A DNA stretch of 64,000 nucleotides from an uncultured Fibrobacter sp. (lineage in GTDB: Bacteria > Fibrobacterota > Fibrobacteria > Fibrobacterales > Fibrobacteraceae). Of this stretch, positions 1-10,256 are shown one piece after another (the first letter of the stretch is position 1; every line of letters starts with the position of its first letter). Both the position numbers and the translations under genes were made by a program. Location: the NCBI GenBank assembly GCA_946183925.1, contig CAMHDS010000004.1:697-64696 (forward strand), in the 5' to 3' direction. The notes under the pieces are model-generated. The model was not told the origin of the DNA. It worked only from the letters and a program-made list of their open reading frames with translations, and searched no databases.

Positions 1-47
1 AGGACGCTGCCGACAGCTGCCCCGCCGGCGTCATCAAGTACGAATAG
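1..47 (+). CDS. 3' end of a probable ferredoxin (partial)
   Basis: The frame from nt 3 reads DAADSCPAGVIKYE*. This resembles the C-terminal 'AAxxCPxxxI' motif of single-cluster ferredoxins. A terminator follows. Confidence 0.6.
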   Translation, partial: DAADSCPAGVIKYE

Positions 48-79
48 TATTTAGCAGCGCACATCGCGACAAAACCATT

Positions 80-111
80 AGAAAGGACCTCCCTTACGGG
101 AGGTCTTTTCT
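80..111. terminator. Bidirectional rho-independent terminator
   Basis: agaaaggacctccc-ttac-gggaggtcttttct hairpin between convergent genes. Confidence 0.85.
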
Positions 112-148
112 GTTGTACCCCCGGTCGCCTAGTGCAGTTGGTTTCATT

Positions 149-985
149 CTACTGCAGCCGGTTCCACTTTTTCATTTCCTTGTCCAGGAAGGTATCCACG
201 AATTTTGCATAAATTAACGTAGTGTCTAAGTTGCGGTGGCCAAGCAGTTTGCTGGTGGCAGGCAGGGGTATTCCCAGGGTAATGCAGGTGGTAGCGAAGG
301 TATGCCTGGCCAGATGGCAGTGAATATGCTTGTAATAACCCAGTTTCTTGGCGGCACTACGCAAGGTCCGGTTGAAATGGGAGTTTTCCACCACCCGAAA
401 CACAGGACCGTCCGTCATCTTTTCGGGCAGCAACAGCCTCGCCTGCAGCGGGATGGGCACGTACACCGGGTCGCCGGTCTTGTGCATCTGCTTGCGGATT
501 TTCCAGTCAAAAATTTCGTTTGCATTCAGCGACAGCAAATCGCTATAGCGTAGCCCCGTGAAACAGCTAAACAGAAATACCCGCATCACGTCCTGTTCTG
601 TTTCGGTCAAGAACCGCCGGCGATCCATGAAGTTCAGGTACAGGCTCTTGAGTTCCCGCACCGTCAAAAAACCGCGGCGGGTAAAGACCCTACCAACCTT
701 GATCTTTTCGAAGGGCTTGCCCTCCACCAGGCCGTCGGCCATCATCTTGTTGGTAAATATCCGGAACACCGAAAGAGCCTTGTTCACCGTAGCAGGCTTG
801 TCGCCCCGTTCTTGCAGATGGCTCTTGAAACCCCGCACAAACTCCTCACTTACTCCAGCACAGTCCAAGTCAGGTCTGTAATACTGTAGCTTGCGCAGGT
901 TCCAATAGTAAGTACGTATAGTAAGAGGCGCAAGATTTTCCTTTTCCTGCGCCAGATACTCTTGAGCTTTATCGAAAAAAAGCAT
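149..985 (-). CDS. Tyrosine recombinase / site-specific integrase (SAM-like N domain + catalytic domain, no arm-binding domain)
   Basis: All catalytic motifs present: TGLRYSD, K(TG), HCHLARHTFAT, LLGH, TLIYAK. AAGGAGG RBS upstream. Confidence 0.92.
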   Translation of the reverse strand: MLFFDKAQEYLAQEKENLAPLTIRTYYWNLRKLQYYRPDLDCAGVSEEFVRGFKSHLQERGDKPATVNKALSVFRIFTNKMMADGLVEGKPFEKIKVGRVFTRRGFLTVRELKSLYLNFMDRRRFLTETEQDVMRVFLFSCFTGLRYSDLLSLNANEIFDWKIRKQMHKTGDPVYVPIPLQARLLLPEKMTDGPVFRVVENSHFNRTLRSAAKKLGYYKHIHCHLARHTFATTCITLGIPLPATSKLLGHRNLDTTLIYAKFVDTFLDKEMKKWNRLQ

Positions 986-1045
986 ATTGCCTCCTTGTCA
1001 GCCACCGCTGGCAAACTTCCCCGGACACCCGGGGGCATAGGCAAA

Positions 1046-4000
1046 TTACTTGATACGGCGGAAGCCTAAAGAAATTTTCTTTTCCTTGCTCTGCTTTTTT
1101 ACTGTTCCTGCAGGATGTTTCTTGTTGGCGGTCATGGCAATAGCCTCTTCTTTCGTGTGGAACACGAACTTGGCCACGTAAGGTCCCGTGGCAATAGCCT
1201 TTCCATTTTCTGCAACGGGACTTCCGTCGTGAGACAGCCATTCCAACTTCAAATGAATAGTTCCATCAGCGGACAATTTGTCAACACCAACGTCTTCTAA
1301 GTCAAACTCGTATTCCGTTTGCGTTACATGCGAACCTAAATTTGTGTAAACATCTACCGCAAATCCAATATGAGCTTTCCATGCAAAATTATCCAAAGAG
1401 TCTCTCTGGAGCAGAATTGGCATTTCCACATCAATATTGAACACGGGGCCTCCATGTTTGTATGCAGCAGTGTCATAAGAAAGCAACGAACTATACGGGT
1501 ACAATTCTTTCTTGCCTTTTGCAATAAGAATTTCTTCTGAACCGCTCAGTATACTTAATCGAAAATCTTCTTCCCTATCCGGCAAATTTCCTGCATACAA
1601 ATCTTCATCCAACACAGTCCTGCTCACAGGTTGTGCCATTTTTACTCTAAAGTCAACATCATCTATTTCGCCTACAACCTGTACCCATGGGCTTTCTTCT
1701 CCAGGCAAAAGATTCGCCTTGTCCATAGTGATAGAATTAAGGCTGGTGGGTAAGCGCAAAGAATCACCAATGCGAACATTATCATCTGCATCATCTTCAT
1801 GGAAAGAGAAGGTCCATAGTGTAACATCGACAAGATTGGCTAATTTTGCTCTCTCAGGCTGATAGTAATTTTTCTTCCCCTCGTGAGATCTTTCCAAAAT
1901 GTGAGCCTTGTCATTTTCAGAAGATATAAGCGGTTCAGAAAGTTCTACACGCAACACATATATTTCGCCTCTTTTGCTAATCTTGGCCGATTTGAGAACA
2001 GGCGGGCAATCGTCGTTCAGGGAGTAACTCTTGTCGAAGAAACCACCTTCTTCGCCCTTTCTGGGCATAACTAAGCCCTTTCCATTCCGATCACCAAATG
2101 TCTTCTCCAGGAATACTCCCTCGGGGATCTTGATACGCATAGCCGTATGTTTCTGCAATAACGTATCGTGACCCGTAGTATCAATCACATAATTCCAGAG
2201 GGTGTCATTCTTTATTGCATTCTTCGTTTTGTCCTTATAGCCGCACGCATACCTGACCGGCAACCCTGTTATGGGATCCAAAACATCAGTTTCCACCATC
2301 GTGTGGGTAGCTGTATCTTCCACCATTGTCGTCTGATTGCACCAAACGGTATCCTGACCAATAACTTCCTTATAGGAAACTTGCTTTATTTCCATAGAGG
2401 AGTCAATTTTGGCAAGGACAGGCTTTACGATTGGTTCTCCCTGAATCGTATCCAAGGTCCAGTCTTTTCGCGCTTTAAACGCCCTGTATATTTCTGGCGA
2501 TCCCCAATACACATCAAAGCTGTCCAGCATATCCTTTTCACGTAATAGTGATTCAAATTCCAAATAGATTTCGTCAGGTTGGCCATCTCCCAATTTATCG
2601 CTAATGCGAGCAAAGGTAATTGGTACTGGGCGCACAGATTCCGTAATGGTCACAGGGCCAGCACAGTTACTCAAACCATTCATTCCCAGATCGGAAACGC
2701 CAAAGTCTGAATGGATTTCAGCCTTCTGTCCGGGTTTCACAATTTGACCGTCTACATTTCCTTCTATGACATAGAGCCAGCTACGACCATTGTCAGAGGT
2801 GGAGGCACTCACGACAGAAATTCCCGTCTGCGACACTTCGGCAGAACCATCGGTAACGCGCAAGGGCCAAGCAGTATAGGAGGCAAGCATTACCGGCTCC
2901 GTAAAGATTATCTTCAAGGTGTCCCGAGCATATTGGTGATTTTCGTTTTCAAGAATAGTCACACCCTTTAGAATTGGGGCAACACCATCCTTAATAGGAG
3001 CAGACTCTGAAGTAACAACGCCTTTTTCGGTCATATAGAAGGTAACCATACCTGTGGGAGCCCCAGTTTGAGGGAGTTGCCCCGCATTGGGAGCAAACAC
3101 AGCCTCTGCACCAGAAACACTAGACGGTTTCAGCAGTATGCTCATAGCCTTACTGGTCGTCGTAGAGTCAAAGTCAAATCTGGCACTGTCAAGTGTAACA
3201 TCCGTACCGAAGGTGCTCCCACTGAAGGTCGCCACAATCTTATCGCCCCTGGCATCACAGTCGGAATCCTGCACAAGGACCTCCTGAGGAACCGGGTGCG
3301 TGGGATCAGCGAAGAAATACTGAGAACTAATGTCTTCTTCATCCTCCGGGTCAATGTAAACTATGGTAATCTCATCCCCACCAAAGAAGGGAATCTTGGG
3401 AAGCGAGGCATCTTTTTCCGCAATAGCCGTAAATAGCTCGCTCTTGAATTCTCCCGTTGTCTCATTTACGCGGTTCAGCTTGATCGTCAAGGTATCCCCC
3501 GTCCTAGAATTCAGAACAAGGGCATTAATCGTCTTGTTGGAGCGGTTATCCTTATCCTTGACCACGACATAGAACTTCAAGGAGCCATCCGTATTTGCCG
3601 GGCTAGAAACAGAAGTTCCATCATCCCTGACAAGCGTCAGAATACCAGCAGTGCGGTCGCCCTTGCTGAACTGCACGTAGTAAGAGCGATTCACAAAAGC
3701 GCAACCACCATTTTTCTGACATTCTTCGCATTCGGGATCAGGACCGGCAAAGACCGTAACATCGATCTTGTTGGTACCAATACTCATCTTGGCCGGAATG
3801 TTCAACTCGTACCGCTGTGTATTACTGTTGAAAATCGCTGCCGTCTTGAGTTCTTCCTTAGTCAGTGCCACTCCATTTACCCAAATAGACGTAACGAATC
3901 CTCCTTCCGAGATAGAAGCAACGCCCTTCAAATACATGGTACTCTTGGTGGAATCAATCTGAATGTACGAACCGTTAGAAACATTGAACGGAGCATCAAA

Positions 4001-7000
4001 GGAAAGAGTCATCTCGTAATTTGCACGTTTGGTAGTCATTTCCTTGTAAGAAGGACTATAGCCCCACACAAACTCATCCTTGCGATAAACCGCCAAATAG
4101 GGACTCACAGGAGCCAAATCATTATCACCAAAGTCCTTATCCAGCTTAGGCATGCCTTCGTAATCAACTCGTTCCGAAGCGGATGCTCCCTGGGTATGGG
4201 GACTCCAGGTCCAGTCTCCACTAGTCTTAGAAAAACGCTTTTGCGGCGTAGAGCGTAAAGGTTCACAAACTGTAGAGCCGGGTTGATGCATCCCTTTGGA
4301 GAAACCAAGATCTATTCGCATACGAGAAGAAGACTTGATGGTGGTGCTACCTAGAGGCGCAGGGAAATACCAATCATACTTTCCGGTAGCAGGATCATAG
4401 GTATCTTCAAGCTTGACTGGCTGGGAGCCACGCAAGAGTCCTCGAATTTCGGAATCATTTTCACATGGCTTGTTAAAACCAGCTTCATCATACGCCTGGC
4501 AAATATCACTATCAATCATCAATGCACATTCAGCAAGTTCTTCCTCTGTAGCCGTCAAGTAAAGTCGAAGTGTCAAGCTGTCAAAAGCCCTGTTTTCACG
4601 GTTGAAAAGGTTCAAATTCAAGAAATCCATATCACCAAATTCATATTGATAAGCACGAACTTCAAACTTATACTGGGTAACGGGTGTGGTAAAGCTGGAA
4701 GGCAAGCCTTTCAGGTCTACGGCCTGCCGAACACCGTTACTCTCCACCACGAAATAATAGGTTGTCTTTTCCTTTAATCCGCCTATTTTTACGTAGTGGA
4801 AATTTGTGGGTATACCACTCACATCAGCATTGCCATCACCCGTATTCCACTGCATTTTGTCATAAGTAGTGAGAACAGTATCCCAATATACCTTGGACTC
4901 ATATTGGCCATTGGGTGTAAACCACATAATCTCCGCGCTGTCCGCAGAAATATTGCAGACTTTCACATTCTGGATATCAGCTGCAGGAAGTTCACTGGCA
5001 AGAGTAGTAAAGTGGTAAGGCGTATAGGTGGAATCTACCAGCCAGCGGGTCGCATACCGCTGACTGCGGGCATTGATAGCAACCGCCTTGAAATAATAAG
5101 TTGTCCCGTTTTTCAGGTCCTTCATGTGAAAGGTGTGCTTTACGCCAGGAACCGTATCCACAAGCATTTCAGAAAACGGACCTCTTTCATTTTCGCTATA
5201 CAAAATCATCGCCTGTCCGCGAACATCTTGATTGATATTCACAATAGCCGAATCAAATCCGACATAACGGATTTCCACATCTATTTTCGAAGGAGCGCGA
5301 TTACGGTCCTCTTCGCGAACTGCAATGGCTCCTGCAGCAAGGAACATGGCCGTGGCGTCAATACAAGTTTCCGAAAGATGATAGTCTTCCCAGCTCAGTG
5401 TGCTCGGCGCCCAGGCATTCGTTCCAGCGGCATCGGGGGTAACACCTCCAAAAAGAGCTCCCACCGGCGGATTGTAGACATAGGCGGCACCAGGGACGTT
5501 CTTGCCTTCGGGATTTGCAGCGCGATGATGCGGATGGGCGTCGTTCTTGTCGCCTACGCCAAGCAAGAACGACACATCCCAGGGGTTTACCCCCAGCATG
5601 TAGTTCAACTGGTTAATACCCAACTGCTTCATTTTAGCCGAATTCCAATTCTGAACGCCCTTTTGTGGGAGCTTTACCCCTTCTAAATCCTTGGTGACAT
5701 CGGCGTAAGCGAATACTTCAAAAATGTTACCGGCTTGGTAGCGGTTATAAATCCAGGTTTGGTCCGTCTGCATGTTATACCAAATGTCGGAATAAGAGAT
5801 ATCAAAAGGATTGCTTCTTCCGGGAATCGTGATAGATTTTGAGCCACTTCCTGAACGGTTGCTTATGGATTCAGAAAGGCTCAACGCCACGTTTTCCGCA
5901 TAGAAAAGACGGTCCGATTCACTGATGCCGTATTTTTTTGCCGTCTCGGAATCCCTGAGAAGCATCTTGTAGAAACCGTACAAGGTGAACACATAGGCGT
6001 TTGCCCAGCTGGTATTCTTGGCCGCCTTGCGCATACCATTTCTAGAGTAGGCAAACCAACCACCCTTGAAGTTACCGGGCGTATCCTCCTGTTGCTGTGC
6101 ATAAGTTTTTTCGTTAACGGCATCATCCAAATACTTCATTCCCGAATCGGGATATGTGGCATAATGCAAAGCAACAGCGGCGATACCCAAGTCATCAAAA
6201 GCTTCGTTATTTCCGTTATATGCAGGGCTAGACCAGCCTGCCGCCTTGGTGTTGTAAACATAAGGCTTTCCGCCGTCATAAGTGCCAGGGCCAAGGCCCG
6301 TAACACCGCCGGCCGCCTCGCCCACCTTCAGTTCCAGGTTCTTGGCAAAGTCATACATCTTTTCTGCCACCATGCGGCAGCTATCGGCAAAGGCCTTGTC
6401 GTAGACGGCATAGTCCTTACTCAATATGGCAAGACCCGCAGCAATCTGACCAGAAATGTTAGCTCCTAATTCCCCCAAACGGACATCTCTTTCGTGAGGA
6501 CCACCGCGACCCGCAAGCGACAAGGGCAAGTTATCCTGGTTTTCCGGCCTACTCCACCAGCCATGATCCGCTCCGAAATTACCGACGGACACGGCCATAT
6601 TGTCCACAATACCGTCTGCAAAACGGAACGCTCTCAAAAAGAAATCAGCACCATGTTTAGCTTCGCGCAATATGTCGGGAATACCATCCGTATTGACAGT
6701 TTCTGCGTGATTATAGGCGTAATGGTCGTCGTCCCTATCGGGGTTCGAAGCCGCCATAACCGCAAGCACCATAAAGGCATAAGCCTGAGTCTGAGATTCC
6801 TTCAGGTGGTCGCCGCAATCGTACCAGCCGCCCTGCAAGGCCCCCTCCTGTGAGGTAAAACCGGATACGGCAGCCTCGCCGGACACAAACTTTCCACCAC
6901 CATCCTTGAGGTGGCTTGCCGGATGGAACCAGGATTCAGAATTCCCGGAGCGGTTGATTCCATAAAACTTGATGGTGGCGTCGCGCACCATGGAATACAC

Positions 7001-7642
7001 CTTGTCGCTAATAATGAATGTCGATGAATATTCCTTTCCGACAAGAATTCGCAGGCGTTCGTTCTGGGGAAGTGACATTTCCGAAAGATTACCGATACAG
7101 ACGAATCCCGTGGGACCAGTTGCCTTAGCCTCGTACCGTTTCTGATCGGCCGTTGCAGCGTTGGTCCCTGCTGCAATCTTCCACGAAGACTGAGTTTCAA
7201 AGCCTGAATTCTGGAATGTCCCACCGGAAGCGATGGTTTTGCCCTCCAAATTTACCACGCTGAAGGTTTCGGCACAGGCTCCGGGAGAAACATAGTAGAA
7301 CTGTTTTTCGGGATCATCAGGCAAATAGCCAGCCTGATTCACGCGGATACGGCCTATTTTCAAGTTACGGGCATCCAAGAATGCCTGGTTCAATGTATCT
7401 GGAACGAATCCATTGGGAACAAAATCCTGAGGAACACTTCCAATGGAGGGAACCGGGTTGCGCTTAGTCGGGTTAGGCGTAAAATGGCTAAAGCTCTCTA
7501 CAGTACCGCCAACATCGGCAGAAGCGGTATCCCATGTCAAAGGCCACACCGGACGAATCAGGTCATAGGGGGTCGGTTGTTCCTGCTCCACAGCAGCGAT
7601 AACAGCAGGAAGGGCACAGATTAAGATGGCTAGGAATCGCAC
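1046..7642 (-). CDS. Secreted multidomain glycoside hydrolase family 9 (cellulase) with FN3-like modules and a basic Fibrobacter-type C-terminal domain
   Basis: Signal peptide; IRVNQAGY Ig-like lead-in; GGWYDCGDHLK; HPHHRAA; EDYHLSETCIDATA (catalytic Glu position). FN3-like motifs LKNGTTYYFKAVA and LKEKTTYYFVVES. Ends ...SLGFRRIK. GTG start with AAAGGAG. Confidence 0.9.
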   Translation of the reverse strand: MRFLAILICALPAVIAAVEQEQPTPYDLIRPVWPLTWDTASADVGGTVESFSHFTPNPTKRNPVPSIGSVPQDFVPNGFVPDTLNQAFLDARNLKIGRIRVNQAGYLPDDPEKQFYYVSPGACAETFSVVNLEGKTIASGGTFQNSGFETQSSWKIAAGTNAATADQKRYEAKATGPTGFVCIGNLSEMSLPQNERLRILVGKEYSSTFIISDKVYSMVRDATIKFYGINRSGNSESWFHPASHLKDGGGKFVSGEAAVSGFTSQEGALQGGWYDCGDHLKESQTQAYAFMVLAVMAASNPDRDDDHYAYNHAETVNTDGIPDILREAKHGADFFLRAFRFADGIVDNMAVSVGNFGADHGWWSRPENQDNLPLSLAGRGGPHERDVRLGELGANISGQIAAGLAILSKDYAVYDKAFADSCRMVAEKMYDFAKNLELKVGEAAGGVTGLGPGTYDGGKPYVYNTKAAGWSSPAYNGNNEAFDDLGIAAVALHYATYPDSGMKYLDDAVNEKTYAQQQEDTPGNFKGGWFAYSRNGMRKAAKNTSWANAYVFTLYGFYKMLLRDSETAKKYGISESDRLFYAENVALSLSESISNRSGSGSKSITIPGRSNPFDISYSDIWYNMQTDQTWIYNRYQAGNIFEVFAYADVTKDLEGVKLPQKGVQNWNSAKMKQLGINQLNYMLGVNPWDVSFLLGVGDKNDAHPHHRAANPEGKNVPGAAYVYNPPVGALFGGVTPDAAGTNAWAPSTLSWEDYHLSETCIDATAMFLAAGAIAVREEDRNRAPSKIDVEIRYVGFDSAIVNINQDVRGQAMILYSENERGPFSEMLVDTVPGVKHTFHMKDLKNGTTYYFKAVAINARSQRYATRWLVDSTYTPYHFTTLASELPAADIQNVKVCNISADSAEIMWFTPNGQYESKVYWDTVLTTYDKMQWNTGDGNADVSGIPTNFHYVKIGGLKEKTTYYFVVESNGVRQAVDLKGLPSSFTTPVTQYKFEVRAYQYEFGDMDFLNLNLFNRENRAFDSLTLRLYLTATEEELAECALMIDSDICQAYDEAGFNKPCENDSEIRGLLRGSQPVKLEDTYDPATGKYDWYFPAPLGSTTIKSSSRMRIDLGFSKGMHQPGSTVCEPLRSTPQKRFSKTSGDWTWSPHTQGASASERVDYEGMPKLDKDFGDNDLAPVSPYLAVYRKDEFVWGYSPSYKEMTTKRANYEMTLSFDAPFNVSNGSYIQIDSTKSTMYLKGVASISEGGFVTSIWVNGVALTKEELKTAAIFNSNTQRYELNIPAKMSIGTNKIDVTVFAGPDPECEECQKNGGCAFVNRSYYVQFSKGDRTAGILTLVRDDGTSVSSPANTDGSLKFYVVVKDKDNRSNKTINALVLNSRTGDTLTIKLNRVNETTGEFKSELFTAIAEKDASLPKIPFFGGDEITIVYIDPEDEEDISSQYFFADPTHPVPQEVLVQDSDCDARGDKIVATFSGSTFGTDVTLDSARFDFDSTTTSKAMSILLKPSSVSGAEAVFAPNAGQLPQTGAPTGMVTFYMTEKGVVTSESAPIKDGVAPILKGVTILENENHQYARDTLKIIFTEPVMLASYTAWPLRVTDGSAEVSQTGISVVSASTSDNGRSWLYVIEGNVDGQIVKPGQKAEIHSDFGVSDLGMNGLSNCAGPVTITESVRPVPITFARISDKLGDGQPDEIYLEFESLLREKDMLDSFDVYWGSPEIYRAFKARKDWTLDTIQGEPIVKPVLAKIDSSMEIKQVSYKEVIGQDTVWCNQTTMVEDTATHTMVETDVLDPITGLPVRYACGYKDKTKNAIKNDTLWNYVIDTTGHDTLLQKHTAMRIKIPEGVFLEKTFGDRNGKGLVMPRKGEEGGFFDKSYSLNDDCPPVLKSAKISKRGEIYVLRVELSEPLISSENDKAHILERSHEGKKNYYQPERAKLANLVDVTLWTFSFHEDDADDNVRIGDSLRLPTSLNSITMDKANLLPGEESPWVQVVGEIDDVDFRVKMAQPVSRTVLDEDLYAGNLPDREEDFRLSILSGSEEILIAKGKKELYPYSSLLSYDTAAYKHGGPVFNIDVEMPILLQRDSLDNFAWKAHIGFAVDVYTNLGSHVTQTEYEFDLEDVGVDKLSADGTIHLKLEWLSHDGSPVAENGKAIATGPYVAKFVFHTKEEAIAMTANKKHPAGTVKKQSKEKKISLGFRRIK

Positions 7643-7761
7643 AACAGCTCCTTTAGCACCCTAATCCCAAACGTTGTAATAATAGTATCTTTTTTCCGAG
7701 AATGGAGATTGTAGCAAAAAAATTACACACATAACGCTTTTTTTTGACTATATTCTACCTC

Positions 7762-8880
7762 ATGACTGAAAAAAACTTTCTTAGGATAGGGTTTTTTGGG
7801 GTCTTTTTGGGGTGTTTAATTTCTTTTTCGGCCTGCGGGTCGGATTCTTCGTCATCTGCCGAAGATGATGATTTTGTTTCCAGCGAAAGCAAGGACGGTA
7901 TTTCATCTGGATCGCAAGAGGGGAATGACAACAGCTCCTCGGGGAGTGCTGAAAATTCCTCTAATTCCGCATCTAACTCCGATTCCAGCACCAAACAAGA
8001 AACAAAAAGCGAGACGCAGACAAGCAATGAAATTTTGACTGAACCACTCAAAATTGTCAACGGCACCTGCGCGCCGAATCCCTCCAAAATAAAGAAAGGC
8101 GAATTAGCCACGTGGGAATTTTTAATTACCGACGGCAGCGTCTACGACCAAGTCCGTGCACCTTTCAAGTGGAGCTTCACAGGAGCTAAGACGGAGTCCT
8201 TGCAAGGGAACGGCTTAAGTCCCGTAAACATCCGTTACGATAAATCTGGCATAGCCACCGCCACGCTTAATGTCGACGGGAACGACGTTGTATGCGACAC
8301 CTTACAAGTTCAGGGTGTGCCCATTACAATTACTTCCTGCAAGGCAGATGCCAAAACAGTGAAAGCCGGAGAAACAATTACCTGGAATGTGGAAGCAAAG
8401 TCCGATTCCAAGATTACAGGTTACTCCTGGAAATCCACCTACGGAACTGCTTCCGGGACTGGCACCAAGGGAACGATGGCTGCCACAACAAACATGCACA
8501 AAAAAAATGTAACGGCAATGGTTTCGGTGACCAACGAGGACAACACTACGGAAAGCTACACTTGCGAACCCGTTACCGTCGTTGACACCTCCATTGCGGA
8601 CTTGACATTGAAAACAGGCGAAAAAGTTGAGATTCCCACCGGCGAAGATCTTGTTGTGCAAATACCGAATTGTACAGGGTCTTACAATGGCGTCTACTAT
8701 CTTGTTTGTCAATTCGTTGATGGCGGAACAGCGACATTAAATTCAAGCGAAATTGCGTTCTGTGACCAAAACGGGGGTGCCTACATCGAATGTAACATTT
8801 CCTCTCTTAACGGACAAAAAGTTACGTTAAACATCGAATCTGAGAAAAGCGTCATCGCTTGTGGAATCGACGCTCGCTAG
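7762..8880 (+). CDS. Lipoprotein with Ser-rich linker and PKD/Ig-like repeats
   Basis: Lipobox FSAC-GSDSSSS, Ser-rich linker, two beta-rich repeats (ELATWEF..FKWSF / ETITWNV..YSWKS). Start moved to ATG 7762, 7 nt after TATATT. Confidence 0.75.
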   Translation: MTEKNFLRIGFFGVFLGCLISFSACGSDSSSSAEDDDFVSSESKDGISSGSQEGNDNSSSGSAENSSNSASNSDSSTKQETKSETQTSNEILTEPLKIVNGTCAPNPSKIKKGELATWEFLITDGSVYDQVRAPFKWSFTGAKTESLQGNGLSPVNIRYDKSGIATATLNVDGNDVVCDTLQVQGVPITITSCKADAKTVKAGETITWNVEAKSDSKITGYSWKSTYGTASGTGTKGTMAATTNMHKKNVTAMVSVTNEDNTTESYTCEPVTVVDTSIADLTLKTGEKVEIPTGEDLVVQIPNCTGSYNGVYYLVCQFVDGGTATLNSSEIAFCDQNGGAYIECNISSLNGQKVTLNIESEKSVIACGIDAR

Positions 8881-8905
8881 TCTCGTAATTTATACGGATT
8901 TCACT

Positions 8906-8941
8906 AAAAAAGACACCGTGCTCATCGCGGCGTCTTTTTTT
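8906..8941. terminator. Bidirectional terminator
   Basis: A6-gacaccgtg-ctcat-cgcggcgtc-T7 between convergent genes. Confidence 0.75.
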
Positions 8942-8960
8942 ATAAGCAAACTTGTTTTGG

Positions 8961-9512
8961 CTATAGCCGCGTCCTCTTAGCGGGGTTCTTCACCTCTTTC
9001 AACAACTTTTCTGGTCCGATTTTTTCATAGACCAACTTCAGGATTTCGGCGGCGGCACGGGCATCGGCCAAAGCCCTGTGGTGGTTAAAGTCCGGAAGTT
9101 CCAGGGACTCCGTCAGGTTGTGCAGGCTGTAGCTAGGCAGCCCCGGAAAAAATCTTCGGGAAAGCTTTACCGTGCAAAGCCTGGGCGGGTCGTACTTGAT
9201 AGCGCAGCGTTTCAGTTCCGCCATCATGAATCGGCTGTCGAACTGCACATTGTGAGCCACAAAAATGCGGTCTTGCAACATTCCCATCAGGTCTTCGGCA
9301 ATGGCGGAAAACTGCGGTTTCCCCTGAACCATCTCGTCGGTAATTCCCGTAAGCCTCTGCACAAAAGGCTGGATTGGCATGCCCGGATCTACCAGGGCCT
9401 GGAACGTTCCCTCCACGTTGGTATCGTCCATCAACACGACGCCTATTTCGGTGATTCGTCCATCGGAAGGTTTCCCTCCGGTGGTTTCCAAGTCCACGAC
9501 GGCAAATTTCAC
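8961..9512 (-). CDS. DEDDh 3'-5' exonuclease, DNA polymerase III epsilon-like
   Basis: VVDLETTG, VAHNVQFD and HHRALADA motifs. Confidence 0.9.
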   Translation of the reverse strand: MKFAVVDLETTGGKPSDGRITEIGVVLMDDTNVEGTFQALVDPGMPIQPFVQRLTGITDEMVQGKPQFSAIAEDLMGMLQDRIFVAHNVQFDSRFMMAELKRCAIKYDPPRLCTVKLSRRFFPGLPSYSLHNLTESLELPDFNHHRALADARAAAEILKLVYEKIGPEKLLKEVKNPAKRTRL

Positions 9513-9537
9513 GGTTTAATCCCTGCGAAGCGTTCCC

Positions 9538-10116
9538 TTACTGGATAGGAACGTCGATATCCAGGGTCTGCCTTGCAGCACGATTTTCCACGCGGGCCTT
9601 CATGACCTTGGACTTGGGCCGACCATAGACAGGCACCACCACCAGGTTCGACACACCGGCGTCTTCGCTAGGAGTCGCCTCGGTTTCTGCAACGGTCTTC
9701 GAAAATATTGGCGTCTTGCCCTTGTCATAGACAGAATAGGTGAACTCACGGTTCAGGCCCTTCTTGATTTGCTTGGTTGGCACCTGGAAATAGATGATGC
9801 CGCCCTTGGGCACCTTGCGCAGGCTGTCCTTGATTTCTTCTTCAGTGGCAAAGTCCGCTTCCATGGCCATACGCACGTTCTTCTTCAACTTGTCGGCACT
9901 TTCGTAAAGCACGGACACGTTGAACTTGGCGTCTTCGGGCATGGCTTCCGGACGCACGTCCCGAATCTTCGCGTTGTTCTGGTAGTATTCCCAGCGGCCG
10001 TTGTCGTGGAGAATCACCGTAGAGCCGTTGGAGGTCGTCGCGATAATGTCGTTAGCAAAAGCACCCACCGCAAAGGCAAGCAGGCAAGCACATCCAACCA
10101 ATCCACTCAATTTCAT
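9538..10116 (-). CDS. Exported hypothetical protein (N-terminus DUF3157-like)
   Basis: Signal peptide ending AFA. The segment 'ATTSNGSTVILHDNGRWEY' resembles the DUF3157 N-terminal motif. Confidence 0.6.
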   Translation of the reverse strand: MKLSGLVGCACLLAFAVGAFANDIIATTSNGSTVILHDNGRWEYYQNNAKIRDVRPEAMPEDAKFNVSVLYESADKLKKNVRMAMEADFATEEEIKDSLRKVPKGGIIYFQVPTKQIKKGLNREFTYSVYDKGKTPIFSKTVAETEATPSEDAGVSNLVVVPVYGRPKSKVMKARVENRAARQTLDIDVPIQ

Positions 10117-10168
10117 AAACACCCCGATTGTTCGTCGTTTTCAAAAGAAATATAGCATTAGTCGATTC

Positions 10169-10244
10169 AATTCGGAGTCCTGATTTCAGAGTTCAGAATT
10201 ATATTCAGAAACAATTCATAATTCCGAAATCCGAATTCATAACT
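10169..10244. repeat. Inverted heptamer-array element
   Basis: Left units cggagtc/ctgattt/cagagtt/cagaatt; right units aattcat/aattccg/aaatccg/aattcat in inverted orientation. Same family at 22361, 30233 and 31431. Confidence 0.75.
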
Positions 10245-10256
10245 ATATTTCCCCCT

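Noticed and set aside
114-1039. Possible inverted repeats flanking the integrase (tgtacccccgg at 114-124 vs ccgggggcata at 1029-1039)
   Set aside because: Only 9/11 and dominated by a G/C run; the match does not extend, so it is too weak to call att or inversion sites.
7840-8000. Ser-rich low-complexity tracts in lipoproteins
   Set aside because: Common linker in this lineage's lipoproteins; no DNA-level repeat unit.
1-9000. Prophage or ICE associated with the integrase
   Set aside because: No phage, relaxase or conjugation genes; the neighbours are host-type genes.
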